In this document: one piece after another, positions 44,816-54,233 of the stretch | How positions within the stretch are numbered: position 1 is the stretch's first letter | Layout: the number at the start of each line of letters is the position of its first letter | Assembly (NCBI GenBank): GCA_038040455.1 | Contig: JBBPIH010000032.1 | Span: 254-64,253, forward strand | Source of the DNA: Acidobacteriota bacterium | GTDB taxonomy: Bacteria > Acidobacteriota > Blastocatellia > UBA7656 | Length of the DNA: 64,000 nucleotides | Direction: 5' to 3' | Program-made: the position numbers and the translations under genes | Notes under the pieces: model-generated | Told to the model about the DNA's origin: nothing | The model's database searches: none | Seen by the model: the letters and a program-made list of their open reading frames with translations, nothing else

Positions 44816-46501
44816 CTACCGTTCCGGAGGCGGAGGCAAGTTCGTGCCGCGCGGCCGGTTATACGGTGAAGACGCCTTCCACGCGGGCATCGCATCCTGA
44901 TTGGCGATGCGCAAGCCTGCGATCATTCCGGTGACTGCAAGCCCCCGCGCGCCTTCCCAGTTCCAATCCGGCTGAACAGTGTCGGTGCTCATGTGATAGT
45001 CGGTCACCAACCACTTCGCCGCTCTTGGCATAAACCCCAGCAGATTGCCGGCCGGCGCGCCGATGAGATAAAGCGACGGTACGCCCTTTTTGAAGAACTC
45101 GTAGTGATCGGAGCGATAGAAGATTCGCTCTTCAGGAGCCATGTCCGGGACCAGCGTCAGACCCTGCGCCACGAGCACGTCATTGAGCAACTCGCCGAGG
45201 TCCGAGTGTTTGAACCCGTAGTCGATCACGTAACCCAGCGGTCCCCAGACTTCGGTGCCTATGCCGTCGTAGTTAATGTTGGCCGCGACTTTCTCTATCG
45301 GCCACGTCGGATGTTTGACCCAGTGAGCGGCGCCCAGCAGTCCGTACTCTTCTCCCGTCACCGCCAGAAAGATAATCGAGCGGCGCGGTTTTGTCTTTGA
45401 CTTTACCAGAGCTTCAGCTATCGCAATCAGCTTCGCAACGCCGATCGCGTTGTCGGCGGCTCCCGGATAAATCGTTCCGTCGGTGTCGATGCCGTATGCG
45501 TCGTAGTGTGCAGAGAGCACAACCGCTTCGTCTTTCAGCTTCGCGTCTGAGCCTTCGAGCACAGCTACGACGTTGCTGCTGGTTACCTCCTCACGGCGGA
45601 GCTTGACCGATACCGCAGCCTGCTTCGCGAGCGAAAGCGAGACGAACTCTCCGTTCTCGGCCTTCTGCTTAGCCTGAGCGTAAGTAGAGCCGGAGCCAGC
45701 GAACAGCTTTTCGGCGGTTGCGTCGCTTATCACGACCATCGGCGGAAGCTTCAACGGCAACTGCGGAACATCGGCGAGCGCAACCCGCCGCCGTGACAAA
45801 TAGACGGTCACTAGATTGAACGGTTGAGTATCGCGCGCCGCGACATAGGTCAACACGCAACCTGCCGCGCTGGCAATTGCAAGCCTTCCGAACACCAACT
45901 GCGGACTTGCAGCTTTGGACCAGGCTGCCTGGTCCACATTCTTCGGCTTGCCTCCGAGAAGGACGACAATTTTGCCTTTGACATCTATGCCGGCGAGGTC
46001 GTCGCGCTTCAACTCCGCGGAGGTCACTCCGTAACCGGCAAACACCAATTCGCCGTTGGCATCTGTAGATGCCGCCGGCAGCGGCGGCACCACTACGAAG
46101 TCCTTCTTGTACGCAAACGCACTGTCCGCAACTTTGAATGAAGAGTCAGCAAGAACCTGCTCGACTCTGAACTTGATTGGCTGAAGGTAGCTGCCGCCAT
46201 CTCCTGCTGGCTTCAAGCCGAGCTTAGCGAATCGATCGCCGATGTACTGCGCCGCTCGATCGGCTCCGGGCTGCCCGGTTCCCCGGCCTTCCATTTCTTT
46301 TGAAGCCAGCAGGTTCGTGACTTCCCTAATGGTCTCGGTGCTTATAGCTGCGGCGGCGGCGCGCTCCTTCTCCGAGAACCCAACGGCAGCCCGCGCCTCG
46401 AAATGCGAGCTAAAAGAAGGACTCGGCGCGATCGCCGACAACAGCAAGCCAGCCATTGCCAGATGAGAGCAGAATCTTTGGACGCGCGATTGCCCGATCA
46501 A
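44816..46501 (-). CDS. M28 family metallopeptidase with PA-like insert, secreted
   Basis: SAHYDAYGID ... GAADNAIGVAKLIAIAEAL ... FLAVTGEEYGLLGAAHWV ... YRSDHYEFFKKGVP. N-terminal signal region. Confidence 0.85.
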   Translation of the reverse strand: MIGQSRVQRFCSHLAMAGLLLSAIAPSPSFSSHFEARAAVGFSEKERAAAAAISTETIREVTNLLASKEMEGRGTGQPGADRAAQYIGDRFAKLGLKPAGDGGSYLQPIKFRVEQVLADSSFKVADSAFAYKKDFVVVPPLPAASTDANGELVFAGYGVTSAELKRDDLAGIDVKGKIVVLLGGKPKNVDQAAWSKAASPQLVFGRLAIASAAGCVLTYVAARDTQPFNLVTVYLSRRRVALADVPQLPLKLPPMVVISDATAEKLFAGSGSTYAQAKQKAENGEFVSLSLAKQAAVSVKLRREEVTSSNVVAVLEGSDAKLKDEAVVLSAHYDAYGIDTDGTIYPGAADNAIGVAKLIAIAEALVKSKTKPRRSIIFLAVTGEEYGLLGAAHWVKHPTWPIEKVAANINYDGIGTEVWGPLGYVIDYGFKHSDLGELLNDVLVAQGLTLVPDMAPEERIFYRSDHYEFFKKGVPSLYLIGAPAGNLLGFMPRAAKWLVTDYHMSTDTVQPDWNWEGARGLAVTGMIAGLRIANQDAMPAWKASSPYNRPRGTNLPPPPER

Positions 46502-46514
46502 GCTTGTCTCCTTG

Positions 46515-47471
46515 TTAAGAAGGATCTCTTGTTAGCCGGCCGGTGTGCGAGTGGGGCTGGTTCGTACGATCTTCGAACTCGCCCATCTTGCGAAACTTGT
46601 CGTAGCGTTGAGCGATGCGCTCCTCGCAACTGAGATCCCGCACCGACCGCAGTGCGTCCGACAGTGACGCGGCCAGCAAGCTGCCGGCCTCCTCGTGATT
46701 CATATGCGCGCCGCCGTCGGGCTCGGGAACGATTTGATCGATCAATCCGAAGTCGAGCAAGTCAGGCGCGGTCAATCGCAGTGCCCGAGCCGCTTCCTCG
46801 GCGTGTGCTTGATCGCGCCAGAGTATCGCCGAGCAGGATTCGGGCGAGATTACCGAATAGATCGAGTTCTCGAGCATCAACACTCGATCGCCCATCCCGA
46901 TCGCGAGCGCTCCGCCCGACCCGCCTTCGCCGGTCACGGCCACGATCACCGGCACGCGGAGTTTCGCCATCTCGCGGAGGTTGTAAGCGATGGCCTCAGC
47001 CTGGCCGCGCTCTTCGGCGTCGATGCCCGGGTAAGCGCCGGGAGTGTCGATCAGGCAGAATACCGGGCGGTGAAATTTCTCGGCCAGTTTCATCACTCGC
47101 AGCGCCTTGCGATATCCCTCGGGTTTAGGCATGCCGAAGTTGCGGTGCTGGCGCTGCCTGGTGGTGCGGCCTTTCTGATGACCGATAACCACGCAGGGAT
47201 CTCCGTGGAAGTGGGCGAAGCCTGCGATCATTGCCGGATCGTCACCGAAGCGGCGGTCGCCGTGAATCTCGAAGAAAGCGGTGAAAACCAGCTCGATGTA
47301 GTCGAGCGTGTAGGGACGATTCGGATGGCGGGCGAGCTTCACGCGGTCCCAGGCGTTGGGGGTGCCGGGCTCCGCGGTCAGATTGGCTGCTCCAGACTCC
47401 TTGAGTCGACGGTGAATCTCTTCGAGTGAGTCGTCGGCGACCGGGCCTGTCTCCTTCTTTCTCTCTACCAT
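46515..47471 (-). CDS. accA: Acetyl-CoA carboxylase carboxyltransferase subunit alpha
   Basis: ARHPNRPYTLDY, HGDRRFGDDPAMIAGFA, NFGMPKPEGYRKALRVMKLAEKFHRPVFCLIDTPGAYPGIDAEERGQAEAIA. Confidence 0.92.
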   Translation of the reverse strand: MVERKKETGPVADDSLEEIHRRLKESGAANLTAEPGTPNAWDRVKLARHPNRPYTLDYIELVFTAFFEIHGDRRFGDDPAMIAGFAHFHGDPCVVIGHQKGRTTRQRQHRNFGMPKPEGYRKALRVMKLAEKFHRPVFCLIDTPGAYPGIDAEERGQAEAIAYNLREMAKLRVPVIVAVTGEGGSGGALAIGMGDRVLMLENSIYSVISPESCSAILWRDQAHAEEAARALRLTAPDLLDFGLIDQIVPEPDGGAHMNHEEAGSLLAASLSDALRSVRDLSCEERIAQRYDKFRKMGEFEDRTNQPHSHTGRLTRDPS

Positions 47472-47690
47472 TTCGGACCTTAATTCTAGACTAAGCCGGG
47501 CGATGTTCGCCTACCCTCACGGCTGGGCCCCTCACTTGTTTCGCGCATACCTACCTCTGACCGAGGGTGGGTATGAGCCCAGGTTCAGAACTTAACATCT
47601 AACTATGCCGTTACCGCTCCGAATCTTGACACTTGCTCTCGCCCGGTGGTTACATTGCCAAGGCGTTCGCACCAAGGAGGTTCGGAGCTG

Positions 47691-49076
47691 ATGGCGAGGT
47701 TCAATGGTATAGAAGTTCCCCCCGACGGTCAAAAGATTACGGTCGACGGCGTGAAGCTTAAGGTGCCCGATCGCCCAATCATTCCGTTCATCGAAGGCGA
47801 CGGCACAGGGCGCGACATCTGGCGCGCGTCTTGTCGCGTATTTGACGCCGCAGTCGAGAAAGCTTATGGGACCAGCCGCCGGGTCGTGTGGTACGAGATA
47901 TTCGCGGGCGAGAAGGCGTTCAACCAGTTCGGCGAGTGGCTAACGGATGACTCGGTCAAAGCCATCGCCGAATTCGCCGTCGCGATCAAAGGCCCGCTAA
48001 CTACACCGGTTGGCGGCGGCATTCGGAGCCTGAACGTCACGCTTCGTCAGGTGCTGGACCTCTATGCCTGTGTGAGACCGGTGCGTTATTTCGATGGAGT
48101 GCCCTCGCCGGTCCGGCATCCCGAGCGCGTTGACGTGGTCATCTTTCGTGAGAACACCGAAGACGTTTACGCCGGGGTCGAGTTTGTTTCGGAGAGCGAA
48201 CGCGCGAGAGAAATCATTTCGCTGTTGAACGACAAGTACGGCTACAAGGTGCGAACAGACAGCGGCATCGGCATCAAACCGATCTCGCCAACGGGAACAA
48301 AGCGGCTCGTGCGCCGCGCGATTCAGTATGCGCTAGACTTCAACAAGCCTTCGGTCACGCTTGTTCACAAGGGCAACATCATGAAGTTCACCGAAGGCGC
48401 GTTTCGAGATTGGGGCTACGAGCTGGCGAAGGAAGAATTCAGAAACCAGATCGTCACCGAGCGGGAGACCTGGATACTGGAAAACCGCGAGAAGAATCCT
48501 TCGCTCACCGAGGAAGAAAATGCACGGATGATCGAGCCGGGCTTCGAGCAGATGTCTGAGAAGCAGCGTGCGGCGCTAGTCGATGAAGTCAAGAACACTC
48601 TGGCGGCGATCTGGGCGACGCATGGCAACGGTGAGTGGCGAAAGAAACCGCTGATCAAGGACCGGATCGCCGACTCGATATTCCAGCAGATACTGATCCG
48701 TCCTGACGAGTATTCGATCCTGGCGACGCCGAACCTGAACGGAGACTATCTGTCGGACGCAGCGGCTGCGCAAGTTGGCGGCCTGGGAATGGCTCCGGGA
48801 GCCAATATCGGGGACCGAGCCGCGGTATTCGAGGCGACTCATGGCACGGCTCCGAAGTACGCCGACAAGGACATGATCAATCCTTCGTCGGTGATTTTGT
48901 CAGGCGTAATGATGTTCGAGCACATGGGCTGGCGCGAGGTGAGTGAGCGGATCGTCGCCGCTCTGACGAAGACGATTGGGCAAAAGCGGGTGACCTACGA
49001 TCTACACCGGCAGATGGAAGGCGCGACCAGGCTTAAGACGAGCGAGTTCGCGTCGGCGATCATTAAGAACTTGTAG
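47691..49076 (+). CDS. icd: NADP-dependent isocitrate dehydrogenase (homodimeric prokaryotic type)
   Basis: AAGGAGG lies 10 nt before ATG 47691. [91 protein letters not shown]. Confidence 0.92.
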   Translation: MARFNGIEVPPDGQKITVDGVKLKVPDRPIIPFIEGDGTGRDIWRASCRVFDAAVEKAYGTSRRVVWYEIFAGEKAFNQFGEWLTDDSVKAIAEFAVAIKGPLTTPVGGGIRSLNVTLRQVLDLYACVRPVRYFDGVPSPVRHPERVDVVIFRENTEDVYAGVEFVSESERAREIISLLNDKYGYKVRTDSGIGIKPISPTGTKRLVRRAIQYALDFNKPSVTLVHKGNIMKFTEGAFRDWGYELAKEEFRNQIVTERETWILENREKNPSLTEEENARMIEPGFEQMSEKQRAALVDEVKNTLAAIWATHGNGEWRKKPLIKDRIADSIFQQILIRPDEYSILATPNLNGDYLSDAAAAQVGGLGMAPGANIGDRAAVFEATHGTAPKYADKDMINPSSVILSGVMMFEHMGWREVSERIVAALTKTIGQKRVTYDLHRQMEGATRLKTSEFASAIIKNL

Positions 49077-49156
49077 AAGCCGGGACGTCTCTGGATGATC
49101 GCGACCGGCAACTAGTGGAGCTTAAGGGCGAAAGTGACTGACTGTTACTCGCAATC

Positions 49157-49720
49157 ATGGAAGAAGCTACAACGCAGAAGATCATCCCTGAGGATTGGGA
49201 CGATTTCGTCAAGTTCATAAGCCAACATCGTGATGATATAGCCCACGGTAAATACGACCTTCGGATCGAGAAGGACTGGGCGAGAGACCTCACTGATGAA
49301 GACCTGCTGCTATTAATCGATCACTGCCCCAGCTCGCGACTCACTATCGCATCCGCAACCAGATCCGCTGAAGTCCTGGACCGCCTCGCGCGCGATTCCT
49401 CAAGCGATGTCAGAGAAGAGGTAGCCGACAACCCGCGCGCGTCTGCAAACACTCTCGATGCTCTCGCCAAAGATTCGATCGCGGCTGTTAGGATGGCGGT
49501 CGCCGAGAATGTCAATGTGCCGGCAGCGAATCTCGAGCGCCTCGCGGCAGATCATGTGAATTACGTTCGGTGGGGCGCGGCCCACAATGAGAAGACATCG
49601 GCAGACGTCCTGGCGCCTCTCATCCAGGACCCCGATTCGTACGTCAGCGACGAAGCGAAAAGAAACCCTAACGCTCCGAAGGCAGGGTTTTGGTCAAGGC
49701 TGTTCAAGAAACGTCAGTAG
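49157..49720 (+). CDS. Hypothetical protein with LRV/HEAT-like short helical repeats
   Basis: Repeating pattern ...SDVREEVADNPRASANTLDALAKDSIAAVRMAVAENVNVPAANLERLAAD... resembles leucine-rich-repeat-variant units. Confidence 0.55.
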   Translation: MEEATTQKIIPEDWDDFVKFISQHRDDIAHGKYDLRIEKDWARDLTDEDLLLLIDHCPSSRLTIASATRSAEVLDRLARDSSSDVREEVADNPRASANTLDALAKDSIAAVRMAVAENVNVPAANLERLAADHVNYVRWGAAHNEKTSADVLAPLIQDPDSYVSDEAKRNPNAPKAGFWSRLFKKRQ

Positions 49721-49823
49721 GACAACGTCGATTCTTGGTGCATAAGCCCGGAGCCGATGGTTCATCGGCCAACTGGAACTTTTTTGGTTGCCATCGTTTC
49801 CTCATGACGATAATCTAACGCGC

Positions 49824-50621
49824 ATGACACGAAGACTCTTCCTGGTAGGGGCGAGCTTGATATTAGTAGGTGCGTTCGCGCGTGATGCGGCGGCACAAGC
49901 TTCGCATCCAATCTATCTTCAGTACGACGGCTATGTGAAGAACAAAGACGGCACCTACACGCTGTCGTTCGGGTACTTCAACATGAATCACGTCGACGTA
50001 AGAATCGCCCCGGGCGAGGACAACACCTTTCTCCCAGGTCCCGCCGATCGAAACCAGCCGATACTATTCTTGAAAGGGCGGCATCGATTCGCATGCAGCA
50101 TGGTGGCCCGGGCGGACTTTGACGGCAAGCTCCAGTGGACAGTGCGTTTTGCCGGGAAAACTTTCACGTCGACGGCGAAGACACTCGATCCGCTGTACGA
50201 GCTTGAACTCGCGAGCGAGAAGCGGGCTACTAACGGCCTCGACTTGGCGAAGGCCCCGAAGGGGGTCTGCGTCAACCGCTCGCCCGCGATTCAGGTGATC
50301 AATCCGCAGGCAGACGTCAATGCCGGCGCCGACACGCTCGCGGCGACGGCGTTCGTTACACGCTTGGATCAGGAGCTTTCGCTGAACGGCAGTGTAGAGG
50401 ATGATGCACTGCCGAGGGGCGGCAAGGTAACGGTCTCCTGGAAGAAGAACAGTGGACCCGGGACGGTCACCTTTTCTGACATGACGACGCCCGTCACACG
50501 CGTGCGTTTCAGCGCGGTGGGCGTCTATGAGCTAGAGCTGTCAGCCACGGACACTGAAAACACCAACGGCGTGAAGATCAAAGTGACGGTCAACGCGGCG
50601 GAAGAAAAAAAGCCGGGCTGA
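49824..50621 (+). CDS. Hypothetical exported protein with C-terminal PKD/Ig-like domain
   Basis: ATG 49824 gives MTRRLFLVGASLILVGAFARDAAAQ (Tat-like RR signal). C-terminal VTVSWKKNSGPGTVTFSD...GVYELELSATD is PKD-like. Confidence 0.6.
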   Translation: MTRRLFLVGASLILVGAFARDAAAQASHPIYLQYDGYVKNKDGTYTLSFGYFNMNHVDVRIAPGEDNTFLPGPADRNQPILFLKGRHRFACSMVARADFDGKLQWTVRFAGKTFTSTAKTLDPLYELELASEKRATNGLDLAKAPKGVCVNRSPAIQVINPQADVNAGADTLAATAFVTRLDQELSLNGSVEDDALPRGGKVTVSWKKNSGPGTVTFSDMTTPVTRVRFSAVGVYELELSATDTENTNGVKIKVTVNAAEEKKPG

Positions 50622-50794
50622 AAAACACGAACGGGAGAGCCCCGGCATTCTAGAGAGCTGCTTTCAACATCTATGGCCGTTCACTGGGAGTAAGCCTCAT
50701 CCGCTGCTAACGGGGAGGTCCTTTGCAAATTCACCGGAATTACTTCTAGGTTTCTAATCCAGCTCCCGTATATGGCGAAGAAGCAAGAAAGGGA

Positions 50795-52459
50795 TCACCC
50801 GGCAAAGTATTCTCTGTGGCGACTCAGGTCGGTTTCGCCGAAGTATTTTTCCCACCACACATCCGTGGAGTTGAGGTACTGGGGCTCGTTGGTCACGGCC
50901 GGATTTCGGTGGGCGAGCCAATCGCGGAAGGCGTTATGTTCCCACAGGCGCATGAATTCGCCGAGATATATGTCCACCACCCGCTGGTTGCCACGAATGA
51001 TTAGCATGTTCTCGTCGTTCTTGTTGCTCGAAGCACCGCTAAAGTTAGCAGAACCTGTCACCAGCACGGGGTCTGGGCCGAGTGGATCAAGGAGCATGTA
51101 TTTTGTGTGCACATATTCCACGTGAGTATTCAACTCGGTCAGCTTTTCGCGAAACCATCCGGCGAGATCCTGCTCGCGGATGTGGTTGCCGACCGCGAAG
51201 CGGTTCTCGACCATGAAGCGGAGTTTCCTCATCTTCGCCGTTTCCTCCTCGCGCTTCTCCTTGCGTACACCTGGGCCGAGCAATTTCTCAAAGAGAGCGT
51301 AGCGCAGGCGAGACTTGCCGCTTGCGAAAGCGTCCTGGAAGAGCTTATGCATGCCGAAAGCAAAGGTCATGAAGACTGCCTCTTTGGCCTGTCCAGCCAA
51401 CCACGCGTAGAGCTCCAGCGCGTCGATGGAATCGCGCGGACTGAAGACCGAGGTGGTACCCTTCGGCGGAAGCTTTTTTGCGGCGATGGAGAAGTCGCTC
51501 GTTAAGCCGGGCGCGAGGTCGTTCTTCTCGGGATTCTTTTCCAGGCGTTGCCAATAGTCGAGGTAGGCCGCTGCGACTTTCGGATCCTCAACGATGTGGA
51601 CGACGTTAGATTGGCCAAAGATGCCGCCGAGCGAGAAGTTGGTCGAACCGGTCAGGACGGACTGCGCTTCGCCGTTCTTGAGCAACACGATGAATTTGTT
51701 GTGCGAGAGGGCATCGGGCTTGGGCACGCGCTCGGTGCAGAGACTCTTGATCCGCGCCTTGGCCACTTCCACACGGTTTTCGTCCCGCGGGAAAGCCTCG
51801 CCTGCGTCGTAGAAGATCTTCACGTCTACGCCGCGGTCCTGCGCGTCGTCGATCGCGCTGAGCACCGTCGGCAGACGGAATTCATAGGCTCCAACCCGCA
51901 GGCCCCAGTGGTTGTCTTCGGCACGGTCGATGAAATCGAGAATCGCTTCGTGCGCGCCGCGCGAGAGCCACTTCCAAGTCGGATGGTCCATATTGTCCTC
52001 CGGCGGTTTCCTGTTGCCGAAGCGGCGCGCGAATTCCTGCGAGGCCGTCGCCCCGCGGTTGAAATAGACATCGTGATCGCCTCCCGCCGGTTCTTCCGTG
52101 GCGATCTCCACCTTAACCTCGGCAAAAGGCTCGAGCGCCGCGGGTTCGCCCTTAAGCGCCACGACCCGGTACGTGTATTTGTGACCCGGCTTTGCCGAAT
52201 AATCTGACCACCAGAAATCTTGGATCGGCTGTTCGCGAGTGGAATGCCGCGCGCCCGGTGCCAGCTTCGGGTCGTTCTCGCGAAAGACCTTCGTTCCCTG
52301 CAGCCAATAAGCTTCTTCCTCGGTGTGGTCCGTGCGATGGATTCCAAAGCCGCGCAGGCCCGGGCAATGCGACTTCTTCAGATTGAATGTCAGCAGCACC
52401 ACATAGGTGCCAGCGATGGCGTGAACGGACAGGCGCGCGCTGGTGGCTTTTTTCCTCAT
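50795..52459 (-). CDS. Phospholipase D superfamily protein with two HKD motifs and an N-terminal beta-sandwich-like region
   Basis: HKD-1 is SHNKFIVLLKNGEAQSVLTGSTNFS. HKD-2 is VHTKYMLLDPLGPDPVLVTGSANFSGASSNKNDEN. No signal peptide. Flanked by visibly AT-richer spacers. Confidence 0.8.
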   Translation of the reverse strand: MRKKATSARLSVHAIAGTYVVLLTFNLKKSHCPGLRGFGIHRTDHTEEEAYWLQGTKVFRENDPKLAPGARHSTREQPIQDFWWSDYSAKPGHKYTYRVVALKGEPAALEPFAEVKVEIATEEPAGGDHDVYFNRGATASQEFARRFGNRKPPEDNMDHPTWKWLSRGAHEAILDFIDRAEDNHWGLRVGAYEFRLPTVLSAIDDAQDRGVDVKIFYDAGEAFPRDENRVEVAKARIKSLCTERVPKPDALSHNKFIVLLKNGEAQSVLTGSTNFSLGGIFGQSNVVHIVEDPKVAAAYLDYWQRLEKNPEKNDLAPGLTSDFSIAAKKLPPKGTTSVFSPRDSIDALELYAWLAGQAKEAVFMTFAFGMHKLFQDAFASGKSRLRYALFEKLLGPGVRKEKREEETAKMRKLRFMVENRFAVGNHIREQDLAGWFREKLTELNTHVEYVHTKYMLLDPLGPDPVLVTGSANFSGASSNKNDENMLIIRGNQRVVDIYLGEFMRLWEHNAFRDWLAHRNPAVTNEPQYLNSTDVWWEKYFGETDLSRHREYFAG

Positions 52460-52670
52460 GACCTAACTCCTCTGTAAGGGCAGTTCGAATTCTGAATCTA
52501 CGGTGCGTTGATCTTTCTAGTGGTAGAACGAGAGAAACATATTTGAATGACGTCAGGAAGAAAAGACGCCAGCTCTTCTTGAGATATTGAGTGGAGCTAC
52601 ATGAAGAGGAGAGGCTCTCGCGTAGGGAGCCTCTCCTCCGGGAACTGATCGCGACTGCGCCGGCGCGCTG

Positions 52671-54011
52671 CTACTGTGGATTTCCGCTTGCGGACGCCAC
52701 CGACCTCGACCGGCTCCCCTTTTGCTTCTGCAGTTCCGCGTACTCCTGATCGCTGATGTAGTAGAAGTCGAGCCAGCCGATGTTCATCTCGTCGACCGTC
52801 CGGTCGCCCCAGCCGATGAAGGCAGTTGGATCAGGATTTTCCTTGTTGCCCGGCGAGTTGTCATGGTAGGCGGTCATATGGAGGACCGTGCCCTTCGGCA
52901 AAGTCGGCGGGTTCTTGTACGGATAGGTGATCTGCCACGTCCAGACGAAGTGCGCAACATCGGTTAGCAACTCCACCTGGCCGCTTGGAAGAATCGCCTC
53001 GAGCGTCTGCCGCTTACCGCGATAGTGCATGTGCGGTTGGAAGCTGACGAGCCTCGCCGGCTCCTCGAGACGAAAGTAGGCATCGCTTCGAGCATTCGGT
53101 TCGCCCGGAGGAATGGCCAGCGTCGAAGGCGACGAGATGCCCTTGGTGGAGATCAAGTATTTCGGAGTGTAGCCCTTCGGGAAGAATTTGAATCCGATTT
53201 TCGCGCGCTCGTTGACTGCCTTTTCACCGTCGGGGTGATAGTGGAAGCTGAAACGGAGTTTCGACCCTGCCTTCAGCAGCTTGGCTGTGCCGTTGGTGAA
53301 GATGTCGCCGTCGCCACCTCTTGCGTGCTCGATGAGGAGGGAATTACTGACAGGGCTTCGGCGCTGTTCGCCCCGCACGCCGCCGGTGGCAGGTTCGCCT
53401 TGGAGTGCATAAATGAGGACGTGGTGAAGAACCTTCGGGTCCTCGGGGATGACTTGCATCCACTTGATGTACCGATCCTCGGTAAGCCCCGTGGGGACAT
53501 CCACCTTAGGATACTGATCAGCAGCGACTGCAGGCACTAGGAACCCTGAGCTTGTCACGACCAGGTCAGGCTCCTCGCCGAACACCCACGAATTGGCTGC
53601 CGGAAAAACTTTCGGCGGAGGCGCGTCTTTCGGATCCCCTTTCGGCGCGCCGCTGTCCACCCACTTGGCGATAGTGGCGATCTGCGCATCGCTAAGCGAG
53701 GGATCGGGGTCGTATTCACCGACCGTGCGATCGATATGCCACGGCGGCATGTATCGCGTGACGACTTTCTCCTTGATCGAGCGCGCCCACGGCCGAGTCT
53801 GCTCGTAAGTCAGCAGCGACATCGGCGCCATTGTGTCAGGCCGATGACACTCCTGACATGACTTTTGGAGGATCGGAAGGATGTCCTTGGTGAAGGTCGG
53901 GGTCTTCGGGACCGCGCCGTCATTCGAATCGGCCGTCGCGGCGGGAAGAGCGATCCCTGTGATGACGATCGCGAAGGCTACGACGCCAGCGAGCTTCCAG
54001 TTGATGTTCAT
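52671..54011 (-). CDS. Exported c-type heme (CxxCH) protein fused to a PHM/DBH-like copper type II monooxygenase fold
   Basis: ATG 54011 after GGAGGAG. Signal/anchor NINWKLAGVVAFAIVITGIALPA. Heme motif CQECH. Ordered His/Met pattern LHHVLIY ... FSFHYHP ... QPHMHYRG ... LHMTAYH matches the CuH (HH..H) and CuM (HxH..M) ligand order of peptidylglycine alpha-hydroxylating monooxygenase. Confidence 0.6.
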   Translation of the reverse strand: MNINWKLAGVVAFAIVITGIALPAATADSNDGAVPKTPTFTKDILPILQKSCQECHRPDTMAPMSLLTYEQTRPWARSIKEKVVTRYMPPWHIDRTVGEYDPDPSLSDAQIATIAKWVDSGAPKGDPKDAPPPKVFPAANSWVFGEEPDLVVTSSGFLVPAVAADQYPKVDVPTGLTEDRYIKWMQVIPEDPKVLHHVLIYALQGEPATGGVRGEQRRSPVSNSLLIEHARGGDGDIFTNGTAKLLKAGSKLRFSFHYHPDGEKAVNERAKIGFKFFPKGYTPKYLISTKGISSPSTLAIPPGEPNARSDAYFRLEEPARLVSFQPHMHYRGKRQTLEAILPSGQVELLTDVAHFVWTWQITYPYKNPPTLPKGTVLHMTAYHDNSPGNKENPDPTAFIGWGDRTVDEMNIGWLDFYYISDQEYAELQKQKGSRSRSVASASGNPQ

Positions 54012-54233
54012 AATCAGACTCCTCCTTGATGGGTGTCTGAGTCTCGAGACTTTCGGACACTCTAGCACTACCAGACTTCAAAGTCTAACACTTCTCGATC
54101 CGGTTGTCTCTGGGATCCGAGTCCCACGATGCCTTGTCACCTCCAGCCCCCTGAGTGCGGCACCCAGATGTTAGTGCAATAGTGCCGTCCCGGTAAATCG
54201 TGAAGTGCGGTAAGCCGCTGCGATACCAATTCT

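Noticed and set aside
47560-47690. Possible promoter (TTGACA at 47627-47632) and a hairpin upstream of icd.
   Set aside because: I could not find a convincing -10 hexamer at proper spacing, and the hairpin is imperfect. The support is not strong enough to annotate.
50600-50660. Possible intrinsic terminator after the 49824..50621 gene (GCCGGG ... CCCGGC).
   Set aside because: The stem is only 6 bp, with a loop of about 21 nt and no following T-tract.
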